Below, one piece after another: positions 11,953 through 25,328 of a stretch of DNA of 64,000 bases. Where the stretch lies: positions 51,336,001 to 51,400,000 of the forward strand of contig OX597814.1 in NCBI GenBank assembly GCA_951406725.2, in the 5' to 3' direction. Source of the stretch: Octopus vulgaris (lineage: Eukaryota). The number at the start of each line of letters is the position of its first letter. Within the stretch, counting starts at the first letter, position 1. The notes beneath the pieces were generated by a model. That model worked only from the letters and a program-made list of their open reading frames with translations. It ran no database searches and had not been told where the DNA came from. Position numbers and translations under genes: made by a program.

Positions 11953-12001
11953 AAAGATTCACTATAAAATCATCTTAGCATTTTCTATTTTTGACTTGTT
12001 T

Positions 12002-12053
<52 letters not shown>

Positions 12054-12119
12054 GTGCAGGAGTGGCTGTGTGGTAAGTAGCTTGCCACTCCTGTGCCTGT
12101 ATATATATATATATATACA

Positions 12120-12530
12120 GGCGCAGGAGTGGCTGTGTGGTAAGTAGCTTGCTTACAAACGACATGGTTCTGGGTTCAGTCCCACTGCATGGCACTTTGG
12201 GTAAGTGTCTTCTACTATAGCCTCGGGCCGACCAAAGCCTTGTGAGTGGATTTGGTAGACCGAAACTGAAAAGAAGCCTGTCGTATATATGTATATATAT
12301 ATATATATATATGTGAGTGTTTGTGTGTCTGTGTTTGTCCCCCCAACATCGCTTGGCAACCGATGCTGGTGCGTTTACGTCCCTGTCACTTAGCAGTTTG
12401 GCAAAAAAGACCGATAGAATAAGTACTGGGCTTACAAATAATAAGTCCCGGGGTCGATTTGCTTGACTAAAGGCGGTGCTCCAGCTTGGCTACAGTCAAA
12501 TGACTGAAACAAGTAAAGAGTAAAAGAGTA
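12120..12530 (+). mobile_element. Full-length tRNA-derived SINE
   Basis: A-box TGGCTGTGTGG, B-box GGTTCAGTCCC, internal microsatellite and (GAGTAAA) tail; several copies in the window. Confidence 0.9.
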
Positions 12531-12800
12531 CATCACCGTGATCACCGTGACCAACCAGGCTATCAGCTGTTGCTACACATCGCTGGTCACAATGCGCTTC
12601 ACATTGTTTTAGCCTTCAAATGATGTCACCCCGCTGGCTAAGCGAGCAGGCCAACAGAAGAAAGAGTGAGAGAAAGTTGTGGCGAAAGAGTACAGCAGGG
12701 ATCGCCACCATCCCCTGCCGGAACCTCATGGAGCTTTAGGTGTTTTCGCTCAATAAGCACTCACAGCGCCCGGTCTGGGAATCGAAACCGCGATTCTACA
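12531..12800 (-). mobile_element. SINE (same family as 11583 head), 5' truncated
   Basis: Reverse complement matches 11625-11709; the 3' part resembles 28200-28320. Confidence 0.75.
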
Positions 12801-12828
12801 TATATATATATATATATATTTATTATTA

Positions 12829-13325
12829 TCTATATATATAAAACTGTAGTTGTGTGAGTGTCTGTCCCCTTCGATTTAGATTCCTAACTACTTCCACATT
12901 TTGCGGTGCAGTTTAACCAAATTCGGGTATCTTATAGTCGTGATTCATATCGAGCCCGTCTGAGTATTAGCGCGCGTCTACGATGAGTCTACGATTTTAA
13001 AAATAATTTAACATCATTTTTTATTCCATTTTAATGCATAATTTTTCGTGTGTCGATGGCGGCGGAGTTGGCATCCATGGTCACACCTCCCCCTTCTTCC
13101 CTCCCTCGTGAAGCTGTGGGGAAGGGAGTGTAAGGAAATCAACGTCGTAAAGCGTTGTCAAGGAGACCAGTGTTCTTTTAGAACAACGACTTCATGGCTT
13201 GAAGACACCAAAACAGAAATGGCTAAGAAAGCCCGAATTGGCATCTATAAGGGAAGTAACTCTCTAAAAATGCTTATATAGTTATTTCCCTTACAAACCC
13301 GAGCAACGCCAGGCGATACTGCTAG
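12829..13325 (+). mobile_element. Non-autonomous Helitron (family B)
   Basis: A|TC start; 3' hairpin ccgagcaacgccagg followed by CTAG|T; no TSD; empty-site paralog at 15534-15640. Confidence 0.9.
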
Positions 13326-13712
13326 TTTTATATATATATATAGACATACATATATGCATAGACAGATAGATAAACTGGTGGATAAGTGTGAGCGTATACA
13401 TATTTCGGTTAGAAACTGGTGTCTATATGTGTTTAAAAGGATGAAGTATGTATGTATACAGCCATAATATGAGCATGTATGTATATATGTGTGCCTCTGT
13501 GTGTGTGCATATATGCATATATGTACATATACGTAGCTATTTGTGTACCTCCAATTTCTTACACAATGAAAGGCACTTTCAAATGGTGACTCACTATTTC
13601 TTTTCTTTAACAATTCTAAAGAAATTCTAAAACATCTCTGCATCACTGAACTTAAAGAAACTTGTCCCTATTCAAATCTTAGGTCAACATTTTGCGCCAA
13701 TTTAGAAATACA

Positions 13713-14338
13713 CTAGCAGTATCGCCCGGCGTTGCTCGGGTTTGTAAGGGAAATAACTATATAAGCATTTTTAGAGAGTTATAGCCAAAAAATAGCAAAA
13801 AATGGAAAAAATATGATGGTAAATTTTTTTTTAAATCGTTGACTCATCGTAGACATTTTTAGAGAGTTACTTCCCTTATATAATAGCGAAAAAATGCATT
13901 AAAATGGAAAAAAAACGATGGTAAATTTTTTTTTAAATCGTAGACTCATGTAGACGCTTTCTTAGCCATTTCTGTTTTGGTGTCTTCAAGCCATGAAGTC
14001 GTTGTTCTAAAAGAACACTGGTCTCCTTGACAACGCATTACGACGTTGATTTCCTTACACTCCCTTCCCCACAGGTGCAGGTGTGAGCGTGGACGCCAAC
14101 TCCGCCGCCATCGACACACGAAAAATTATGCATTAAAATGGAATAAAAAATGATGTTAAATTATTTTTAAAATCGTAGACTCATCGTAGATGCGCGCTAA
14201 TATTCAGACGGGCTCGATATGAATCACGACTATAAGCTACCCGAATTTGGTTAAACTGTACCGCAAAATGTGGGAGTAGTTAGGAATCTAAATCGAAGGG
14301 GACAGACACTCACACAACTACAGTTTTATATATATAGA
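13713..14338 (-). mobile_element. Non-autonomous Helitron (family B), inverted copy
   Basis: Reverse complement of 12829-13325 with an internal duplication; TC and CTAG ends at an A/T site. Confidence 0.9.
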
Positions 14339-14364
14339 TATACATAGCGCAGTAGTGGTGAGAT

Positions 14365-14745
14365 ATGACAGCAAAGAAAAGCATACATTCACTCTCTGCA
14401 TGCAATTAGACTCGGAAAGTTCGTGAGGAACCCATTGACCCAATTTGCTGACTTTTCCGATAGCACACAGGTCTCAATGAATGGTTGAATGACCAAATCC
14501 AAGCTTCTCTGCTAGTTCCTCAACAGTTACGATGATATTTTGTTCCACCAGGGTTTTCAGGATGTCCTTGTCGAGTTCTACAGATCTTTCAGGATGAGGC
14601 TCGTCTTCTAGGCTGTAGTTTATGGCTCGGGATTTCTGGAACCACCATTGACACTGCCTTACGCTTATTGTCCAATCCCCATATACTGCATTAATATTTC
14701 TTGTACTTTGCACACATTTATATTCTGTTATTCTTTTATATGTTT
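14365..14745 (-). mobile_element. Mariner transposase N-terminal fragment
   Basis: Peptide RNINAVYGDWTISVRQCQWWFQK...SLEDEPH...TVEELAEKLG (paired HTH). Confidence 0.85.
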
Positions 14746-14773
14746 CAGCCTTGAGGTTGTGGCCATGCTGGAT

Positions 14774-14774
<1 letters not shown>

Positions 14775-14804
<30 letters not shown>

Positions 14805-15019
14805 CTATCTGTCTGTCTGTCTGTATGTATATATGTATATGTATGTGTGTGAACAATAATATTTTCAACAGATGTGTTGCAAATGTATCTGATTGTTCTC
14901 AAGCTTCAATACTGTGTGTGTGTATGTGTGTGTGTGTATGTATGTATGTATATGTATGTATGTATGTATGTATTATGTGTGTATGCATGTATGTGTGTGT
15001 GTATGTATGTGTGTGTGTA

Positions 15020-15056
<37 letters not shown>

Positions 15057-15080
15057 ATGTATGTATGTATGAGTGTATGT
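14775..15080. repeat. (TG)/(TATG) compound microsatellite
   Basis: Directly visible. Confidence 0.9.
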
Positions 15081-15834
15081 TTACTTTATTACTAATTACT
15101 CTCTTCCAAGAACATTTTCACTCACTCTTAGCTTCCCATACATTTTACTCATGTATCTATCAGCGTCATAGACAGAATACTTTCACTTTAGTCTTCCTCA
15201 AATCACTCTGTCGCTATTTACTTTCATTTTATTCGTTGCCCACTGTGTGTGTGCGTTTGCGTGTGGTGTAAACCAGACTAAGAAAAGCATTTGACACACA
15301 CACCAGAATGTGAGTTTTCTGTAAATTTTGCTTAATTGGAGTTTAAATTTTAAAAACTGGACCTGGCATGACGCGATGCATTGTACTCTTAAAACTGCTA
15401 GGTCAATTGTAATTGAAGAAATCCTATATTGTAGATTTGTATAACTCCAAAAGGGAGGCAGATAAAATCTGCCTTTTATAATAAGAGATGTGTATGAATG
15501 TATGTGGGTGTATGTATTTAGAAAAATAGGTAAAACCGAAATATGTATACGCTCACACTTATCCACCAGTTTATCTATCTGTCTATGCATATATGTATGT
15601 CTATATATATATATAAAATAATAATAAATATATATATATATATATATATAAAATTTATAAGTTTAATTTATTAATTTAAATAATTAAAAAAAATTTTAAC
15701 TTTAATCTAAATATTTTAATTGGATTTTTATATTTTATATTTTATATTTTTTAATTAATTTTATTTCTATGTATTGGCTTATGATTATCACTGTTTGATT
15801 TGCCTAATAGTGGTTTTATCTCTAATTTAATATA

Positions 15835-17362
<1,528 letters not shown>

Positions 17363-17576
17363 TACAATGACCTCGAAACTATAGTCTGTATGTAGTATCC
17401 GGATCTTCGAGGGAGGATGACCTCCCTTTACAAACAAACAAGGACACTGAGATAGTGTCTAAAGTCCTTCTGGTGACGTTGATCGCCTGTGGCTAAAAGC
17501 ATCAGTAACACCCCACCACCACCCCCCAGTGCCTAGCCACATTCAGATGGCTGATACCCCTTACGTTGTATATATA

Positions 17577-17975
17577 TCTTTATATATAAAAGTGAGGTTG
17601 TGTGCTGTCTGTCTCCTACGATTTAGATTCCTAACTACTCCCACATTTTGCAGTGCAGTTTAACCAAAATCGGTTATCTTGTAGTCGTGATTCATATCGG
17701 GCCCTTATGGGTATTAGCACGAGTCTATGATGAGTCTACAATTTAAAAAAAATTTACCATCAATTTTTCCCATTTTTAATGCATTTTTGGTATATATAAG
17801 GGAAGTAACTCTCTAAAAATTTAATATTAAATCTCAGAACGTAAAAAGTTACAGTAACCCCCCCCCCCCCTTTGTGGTTAGCCATATTGAGATGGCTATT
17901 ATACTTTACATCTCTAAAAATGCTTATATAGTTATTTTCCTTACAAACCCAAGCAACGCCAGGCGATACTGCTAG
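17577..17975 (+). mobile_element. Non-autonomous Helitron (family B variant)
   Basis: A|TC start; same internal blocks and 3' end (aagcaacgccaggcgatactgCTAG|T) as 12829-13325. Confidence 0.9.
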
Positions 17976-19055
17976 TGGTTAATAAGAGTTGCACAGGCCC
18001 TGTACAGGAATGCCATTATTAAGATAAGGGTCAGCAATAAGTATAGTAAAGAATTCCAGGTAGAAGTAGGGGTTCACCAAGGATCAGCCCTCAGCCCACT
18101 CATATTCATCAAAGTCCTCCAGGCAATAAAAGAGGAATTCAAGACAGGTTGCCCCTGGAAGCTCCTCTATGCTGATGACCTTGCTTTTGTAGCAGAATCA
18201 CTACCAGAACTAGAAAAGAAATTTCAGGTGTGGAAGCAAGTTTTAGAATCGAAAGGCCTCAGAGTTAATGTTGCAAAAAACTAAAGTCCTAGTAAGTAGG
18301 AAGGTGAACACATCACAAATCCCTTCAGATAGATGGCCCTGCTCAATCTGTAGAAAAGGTGTGAGTAGGTGCTCAATAAGATGTACCCAGTGTAAGCTAT
18401 GGGCGCATAAGAGCCGTAAGCAACATCAAAGGAAGGTTAACCAAGAAAATAGCTTTTGAATGCAGCAGATGCACAAGGGCAATAAACATCGCGGATCCTC
18501 AGAAAACTGATTTCCTCACACGTCAGGGGAGAAACTAGAAGTAGTTGATAGTTTCCGTTACCTAGATGACCAAGTATGTAGTGGTGGTGGATGCTCGGAG
18601 AGCATTGCCACTAGAATAAGAATAGCCTGGGCAAAGTTCAGAAAGCTCCTACTTCTACTGGTAACAAAGGGCCTCTCACTCAAACTGCTATGCTACACAG
18701 CAGTGAAACATGGGCTCTGACTGCTGAAGACATGTGTAGGCTCGAAAGAAATGAAGCTAGTATGATCCACTGGATGTGTTATGTCAGCGTGCACACACGA
18801 CAGAGTGTAAGCGCCCCAAGAGAAATGTTGGACATAAGAAGCATCAGATGTGGTGTGCAAGAGAGACAACTGCAGTGGTATGGTCATGTGCTGCATATGG
18901 ATGAGGAGAGCTGTGTGAAGAAGTGTCACTCTCTAACAGTGGAAGGAAGCTGTGGAATAGGGGAGACCCAGGAAGACAAGGGATGAAGTGGTGAAGCATG
19001 ACCTTCAAACGATGGGCCTCACAGAAGCAATGACGAAAGACTGAGACCTCTGGAG
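17976..19055 (+). mobile_element. RTE LINE 3' part (continuation of 8855-10593)
   Basis: Peptides WLIRVAQALY, GVHQGSALSP, LLYADDL, a PHD-like insert and MLHSSETWA. Confidence 0.9.
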
Positions 19056-19069
19056 CAGGAATTAATCTT

Positions 19070-19600
19070 CTCTCTTCGCTCCTTTGTGCTACATGGGCTC
19101 AACTCTCCTACTCTCTTCATCTAACCCTCCTCCTGTCTCCTCTCTTCTTCTCACACCTACTTCCTCCCACCCACCTCTCCTCTCTTGTTCTGGCACCTAC
19201 TTCCTCTCTTCACTCCTACCCACCTTCTCCCTTCTACCCTCTTCCTTCATCATCACCCCCTCCCACATTACCCTGCCCCTACACATTCCAACCCCACCAT
19301 CCCTAAACATCCTATACCACCCCACCCCATCTCTTAGACCCCCACATCCCAACACCACCATACCACACACCACCACCACACATCCCAACACCACCACATC
19401 ACACCAAACATCACCATACCACACCACACCACACTACATCACACCACCCCATACACACTAGCACTGACCACTTCCCAGCCCCCCACCAGTGCACACACTA
19501 GCACTGACCAGTTCCCAGCACCTACACCATCATCCACACACCTACACATCAATCAATGTCACCAGCCCCCTTCCACATGCACATACACGTGCACCTACGT
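19070..19600. repeat. C-rich low-complexity / (CACCA)n tract
   Basis: Directly visible strand-biased C/A tract. Confidence 0.8.
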
Positions 19601-19664
19601 TTTGGGATCACCTCTACTTTATTATCTCCCCTTCTTCCTAACTCTCCTGTGTGACCCTTCTGTC

Positions 19665-19860
19665 CGGCATTCGTCATGATAGATCGCTAGCCACTAAACC
19701 TTTTTCTATTTTCTCTCCCTGTTTATTTCTATGTTCTTTTCTGTCAAAGAGCATAGGCTCAAAACATAAAAACTTTCTCACTTCCTGAGCATTAAACTAA
19801 TACATCTGTTTGTTGTTTACACACCCGTCTTCATCTTTTTTTTTTGTAAATTCTCACTAT
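19665..19860 (+). mobile_element. Penelope-like terminal repeat fragment
   Basis: Paralog of 1195-1390(-); ends in (TA)n. Confidence 0.45.
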
Positions 19861-19889
19861 ATATACATACATATATATACACACACATA

Positions 19890-19975
19890 TAGGACCATTT
19901 AGTACAGGCGTGTCAATGATTCCAATCTCATATAAAAGCAGTCATCAAAGCTGAAGGCAGACTCATAGTGTTAAC
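19890..19975 (+). mobile_element. Tc1/maT transposase extreme C-terminal remnant
   Basis: DHLVQACQ*FQSHIKAVIKAEGRLI resembles the AC..F..R..AV..A.G terminal motif. Confidence 0.55.
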
Positions 19976-20264
19976 CTATAAGAAAGCTTACTGAGGAATT
20001 GTGCACAATTTTTTATTAAATTACATTTGGTTTTTGCTAGATGTCATGTCAATAAAGATTGAAAAGAACAATACAGAAAGAATACTTGAAAAGTTGAAAT
20101 GAGTGTGGAGCATTGGAGTGTCTTAATGGATCTGAAGTTTATCCTTCTATAGAAAAGGAAACAAAAGCAGAGGGAATGAAAAATAGTGAGGTTATAAAAA
20201 TAAAAATGAATATTGATTCACATGATCTTATAATATTATTGAAGTATACGCCCATAATAATAAG

Positions 20265-23240
20265 GGATTGGGAGTGTGGGTATACTCCTTGCTGAGAAAT
20301 GGGTTGATAAGGTAATCGAGGTAGTCAGAGTCTGTGATAGAATACTTAAGCTTAGAATAGTGCTGCAACATGGAATAGCAACTATTATTTCAGCCTATGC
20401 CCCTCAGCCAGGTCTACTTGATGAACATAAAAACCAATTTTAAGACACCTTCTTGCAGAATACCTCATTGATGAATGACAGGGATCTTCTCTTTGTGGCT
20501 GGTGACTTCAGTGGGCTGTTGGACGACCTGAGGAGCTTCTATGGTGTGCATAGTGGTAACGAATTTGGTTCCTGCAATGAGGAGGAAACCAGGCTGCTGG
20601 AATTTTGTAATGCATATGATCTTATGCTGCCAATCACCTGTTCGCCTACCAGTCTGGTGGACACACTAGTCAGATTGATTACATTCTTACCAGGATATGG
20701 GAAAGATGGCTGCTTATAAATGCCAAAACTTTCACAGGTGAAGAATACTGGAGATTCCTATGGGACAACCTGTTGAGGGCTACTGACCAAATCTGTGGCT
20801 GGTGCAAAGTTCCCTCTCGAACTAAGGTGACATGGTGGTGGAACAATATAGTTGACAGGGCCATTAGAGAAAAGAAACAGGCCTGGAAAGGCTGGAAGTG
20901 TGGTGATAGCAGGGAACTGTATCAGAAAGCCAGAAGGGAAGCTAGGAGACAGGCTTACTTAGCCAGAGGAGAAGCAGATAAGAAGAAATTTACCAATGTT
21001 TTGAGTGGTGAGGAACAGAGATTTGGAGTGTTTTGAATTACAAGACAGTCTGTGAAAGAAAATCGCAATATCATAGGAGAGAAATGTGTCCATATGGATG
21101 ATGGCTCACTTGCATTTAATGATGCAGCAAAGAAAGACACTTGGAGACACCACTATGAAAGGATGATAAATGAAGAGAATGAATGAGAGAAAGAGAGTCT
21201 GCCAAATGTTGACCCAAGTGAGGGACCAGCTATCCAAATTAACAGTACCTTTGTAGATAAAGCAACTAAGGGTATGAAGACAGGAAAAGCCCCCGGCCCA
21301 TCAGGAATCACTGCTGAGATGCTTAAAATATCTAGTGGTGTAGGCTATAGTCTAGTCAACTGTATAGTTAACCCAGTGATACACAAAGGAGTCATACCCA
21401 ATGACTGGTGCATCAGCACCATAGTCAACTGCTACAAAGGTAAGGGTGATGCCCTTGAAAGAAATAATTACAGAGGTATCAAATTGTTGGATCAGGTAAT
21501 GAAAGTCATGGAGAGGGTCATAGCCCAACTAATTAGGGAGATAGTTAGATTAGAGGAGATGCTGTTTGGTTTTGTGTCAGTGAGAAGCACCATTGATGCC
21601 ATATTTCTGGTAAGACAGCTGCAGGAGAAATACCTAGCCAAAGATAAGCTCTTGTGCCTGGCTTTCGTTGACATGGAGAAAGCCTTTGACAGGATCTCCC
21701 GATCCCTTATCTGATAGTCAATGAGGAAACTAGGAATAGATGAGTGGTTGGTGAGAACTGTACAAGCTCTGTACAGGGATACTGTCAGTAATGTGAGGGT
21801 TGGCAACAAGTAGTGAAGAATTCAGGGTACAAGTAGGGGTTCACCATGGATCAATCCTCAGCCTCCTCTTGTTCATCATAGTCCTCCAGGTAATAACAGA
21901 GGAATTCAAGATAGGCTGCCCCTACAAGCTCTTCTATGCTGATGCTCTTGCTCTTATAGATGAGTCACAATCAGAACTAGAGAAGTTTAAAGTGTGGAAG
22001 TAAGGTCTAGAATTGAAGGGCCTTAGAGTTAACCCAGCAAAAACCAAAAGTCTTAGTAAGTAGGAAGGCAGACAAATCCCAAATCCCTTCAGATAGATGG
22101 CCCTGCTCAATCTGCAGAAAAGGTGTAAGTAGAAACTCCATAAGTTGTACCCAGTGTAAGCTATGGACACATAAGAGGTGCAGCAATATTAAAGGAAGGT
22201 TTACAGGGAAGATAGTTTGTGTGCATGGAAGGTGCACAGGCACAATAAACACCGAAAATGTACAGAAAATAGATTCCATCACATGTTAGGGGAAAAAACT
22301 AGTCAATAACATCTGTTACCTAGGTGACCAAGTCAGTAGCTGGGGTGGATTCTCAGAGAGCATAGCTGCAAGAATAAGAATAGGCTGAGCTAAGTTCTGA
22401 GAGCCCCTACCTCTGCTGGTAACAAAGGGCTTCTCGCTCAGAGTGAAAGGCAGACTGTATGATATATGTGTGTGAACAGCCATGCAGTGAAACATGGTCT
22501 GTGACTGCTGAGGGCATGCGTAAGTTTGCAAGAAATGAAGCTAGTATTCTCCACTGGATGTATAATATCAGTGTGCATACACGACAGTGTAAGCATCCTG
22601 AGAGAAAAGTTAGACATAAGAAGCATCAGATGTGGTGTGCAAGAGAAATGACTGTGCTGGTATGGTCATGTGATGCATATGGATGAGGACAACTGTGTGA
22701 AGAAGTGTTGCACTCTAACAGTGGAAGAGATAGACCCAGGAAGACATGGAATGAGGTGGTGAAGCACAATCTTCGAATGTTGGGCTTCACAGAGGCAATG
22801 ACAAGTGACCGAGACCTTTGGAGATATGTTGTGCTTGAGAAGACCTGTCAAGCCAAGTGAGATCGTAGTCATGGCTGATGCCAGTATCATGTAACTGGCT
22901 CATTAAAAGCAACCTTCAATCGTTGGGTGATATACTGTGCTTGTGAAGACCTGTTGAAGCGAGTGAAATCGTAGTTATGGCTGATGCCAGTGCCATCTGA
23001 CTGGCACCTGTGCTGGTGGCACATGAAAAGCACTGTTCAAGCATTAGGCCTAATAGAGGCAGTGACAGGCGACCAAGACCTTTGGCAATATAATGAGCTT
23101 GTGTAGATCTGTCAAGCCAAGTGAGACCATAGTTGTAGCTGACACCAATGTCAAGGCAATGGCACTCACGCCAGTTGCACATAAAAAAACACCCACTACA
23201 CTCTTGGAGTGGTCGGCGTTAGGAAGGGCATCCAGCTGTA
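20265..23240 (+). mobile_element. RTE LINE, near full-length but decayed
   Basis: APE motifs (ISAYAPQ, VAGDF), RT motifs (NYRGIKLL, AFVDMEKAFDR, LFYAD), PHD-like insert and 3' UTR repeats; many stops and an internal deletion. Confidence 0.92.
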
Positions 23241-24280
23241 GAACTTCGATCTAACCCCGAGCTTGGGAGAACAAACTCGAGTTGGATAAACTCAAATAGT
23301 AAGCAATTTGCTCTTTATAACATAGCAATTCACCATACGCAGGCATAAAGAAAAAAATGAGTTCATACTAATCCTGATATAACGACCTGCCTGAATGTGT
23401 CTACGTGTCATCTAAGACACATGTATGCCATGTACAATAGACAGTCTAGTTAAAAGACATACCACGGGGGGAGGGAGGATGTAGCATAAACCCACGCTTT
23501 AAAGCAATTTTATGCAATTTTGGAGAGGGGTGAAATTACCCTTATGATTAAAAGTTATGATCAACAATTGTTGATTTAAATCAGACCAGTTTTATTAGTT
23601 ATCTTGAGATAAGGGTTTTTTAATTTTCCTAACTGATATTTCTCATAAAAAATTTGCAGTTTGTAAAAATGTACAAATTATCTTGCATGAACTGTTCAAA
23701 CATATGCAAACAGTAGAAAAAGAATCATTTGTTTATGATCTCCTCTTGTTCAGACCGGTCGACGTAATGGAGCATCTTTTGGTAGAAGTTATCGCAGTGT
23801 TCATGAGTTATTTCATCGAACTTTTCAGATATCAATTGGTAAAGCTCCGGCTTGTTCTTTGCCTCACCTTGGATAACCGAGCATGGAGCTTAGGTGTTCC
23901 GCTCATAAACACATATATCGCCCGGTCTGAGATTCGAACCTGCAATCCCTCTTAAAAGAACCAATCCATTTGCTTTGAGGAACTGCAAATTGAACAACAT
24001 TTTAACGAAAAATGTGAATTCATTAAACGGTTATAAAGAGCAAAGAGCTTACTATTCGAGTTTATCCAACTTGAGTTTGTTGTCCCAAGCTCAGGGTTAG
24101 ACCGAAGTTCAAGCAACAGTGGGCTCCACTGGACGAGTTAGATAAGATAGACATGTATTCCCTTACGGCTGATGTAGTTTAACTCTTTTTTTTTCAAGGC
24201 TTGAGCACCAATTGAAAACTTCAAATTGCAAAGAATTCAAATTTGATGGCAAAGAATCCAAACTAGATCGAAAACATCTA
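23241..24280 (-). mobile_element. Internally deleted long-TIR IS630/Tc1-like element
   Basis: 23241-23320 is inverted at 24031-24110. Minus-strand peptide at 23725-23880, VIQGEAKNKPELYQLISEKFDEITHEHCDNFYQKMLHYV...*, resembles an IS630/Tc1 transposase C-terminus. Terminus gatcgaaaacatcta|TA. Confidence 0.65.
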
Positions 24281-24601
24281 TATTATCAAACCATAGTAAA
24301 CTTAGTCACTAAATCAATCAAAAGGTATTCATTTCATCCTCCTCATCATCATTTTAATGTCCACTTTCACATACTTGCATGGGCCTAATAGAGTTTATTG
24401 AGGAAAAATTTGTCCTTCCTGCTCCCAACCTTCACCTGTCCAACCCCAACATGTCCTTCCTGTTTTCAACCCTTATCTGTGTCCAAGAAAGATAATATTT
24501 CCTCTTGACCAAACATGTAATCACAAGTTTGAAACTGAAAGATACTACCTGCATGACAGTGACACTCATTTGCAACCACCATGATATGTCACCCAAACAC
24601 A

Positions 24602-24633
<32 letters not shown>

Positions 24634-25166
24634 CACACGTTATTATGTTGTTAAAACTTTTGTTACCCTGAAACTGTAACCTAGTCACTGACAAAAGGTG
24701 CAACCACAAACTTGACAAAAGGTGTACTATGCACTTTTTGTCAGTGATCAGGTCAGTTAGCAATCTTTGTGTGTTCCATGCTGCAACATGTGAATGGCTA
24801 ACATGTGTCTTCCATGCTGCAATCACTTTAGTTTCACAACGTTATCTCGATAAACAAAAAACAAACAAAAACAACATCATCATCATCATCATCGTCGTCA
24901 TCATCATCATTTAATGCCTGTTTTCTACATTGGCATGGGTGAATGGTTTGACAAGACCTGATAAGTAAAAGGGCAATGTCAAACTCTGTTGTCTGTTTGA
25001 CATGGTTTCTATGATCAGACTCTTTCCCTAACACCAGCCAGCACATTTCTTTGTGACACCAGCACTGGCAGGGTCATCAAGTAACTTGCAAGGCAAGACA
25101 GTCCCCTTGTCTGAGAGGAGTAGTATTGAGGAAGGTGGCTTTGTGCCAGATGAGAAGTTAAAATAG

Positions 25167-25312
25167 TTATTTCTTTATTGCCCACATGGGGCTAAACATA
25201 GAGGGGACAAACAAGGACAGACAAAGGGATTAAGTCGATTACATCGACCCCAGTGTGTAACTGGTACTAAATTTATCGACCCTGAAAGGATGAAAGGCAA
25301 AGTTGACCTTGC
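25167..25312 (-). mobile_element. Nin/Deu-domain SINE fragment
   Basis: Minus-strand motif gcctttcatcctttcagggtcgataaatttagtaccag; same family as 51829-52058. Confidence 0.8.
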
Positions 25313-25328
25313 AAATGGTAGAAAGTAG

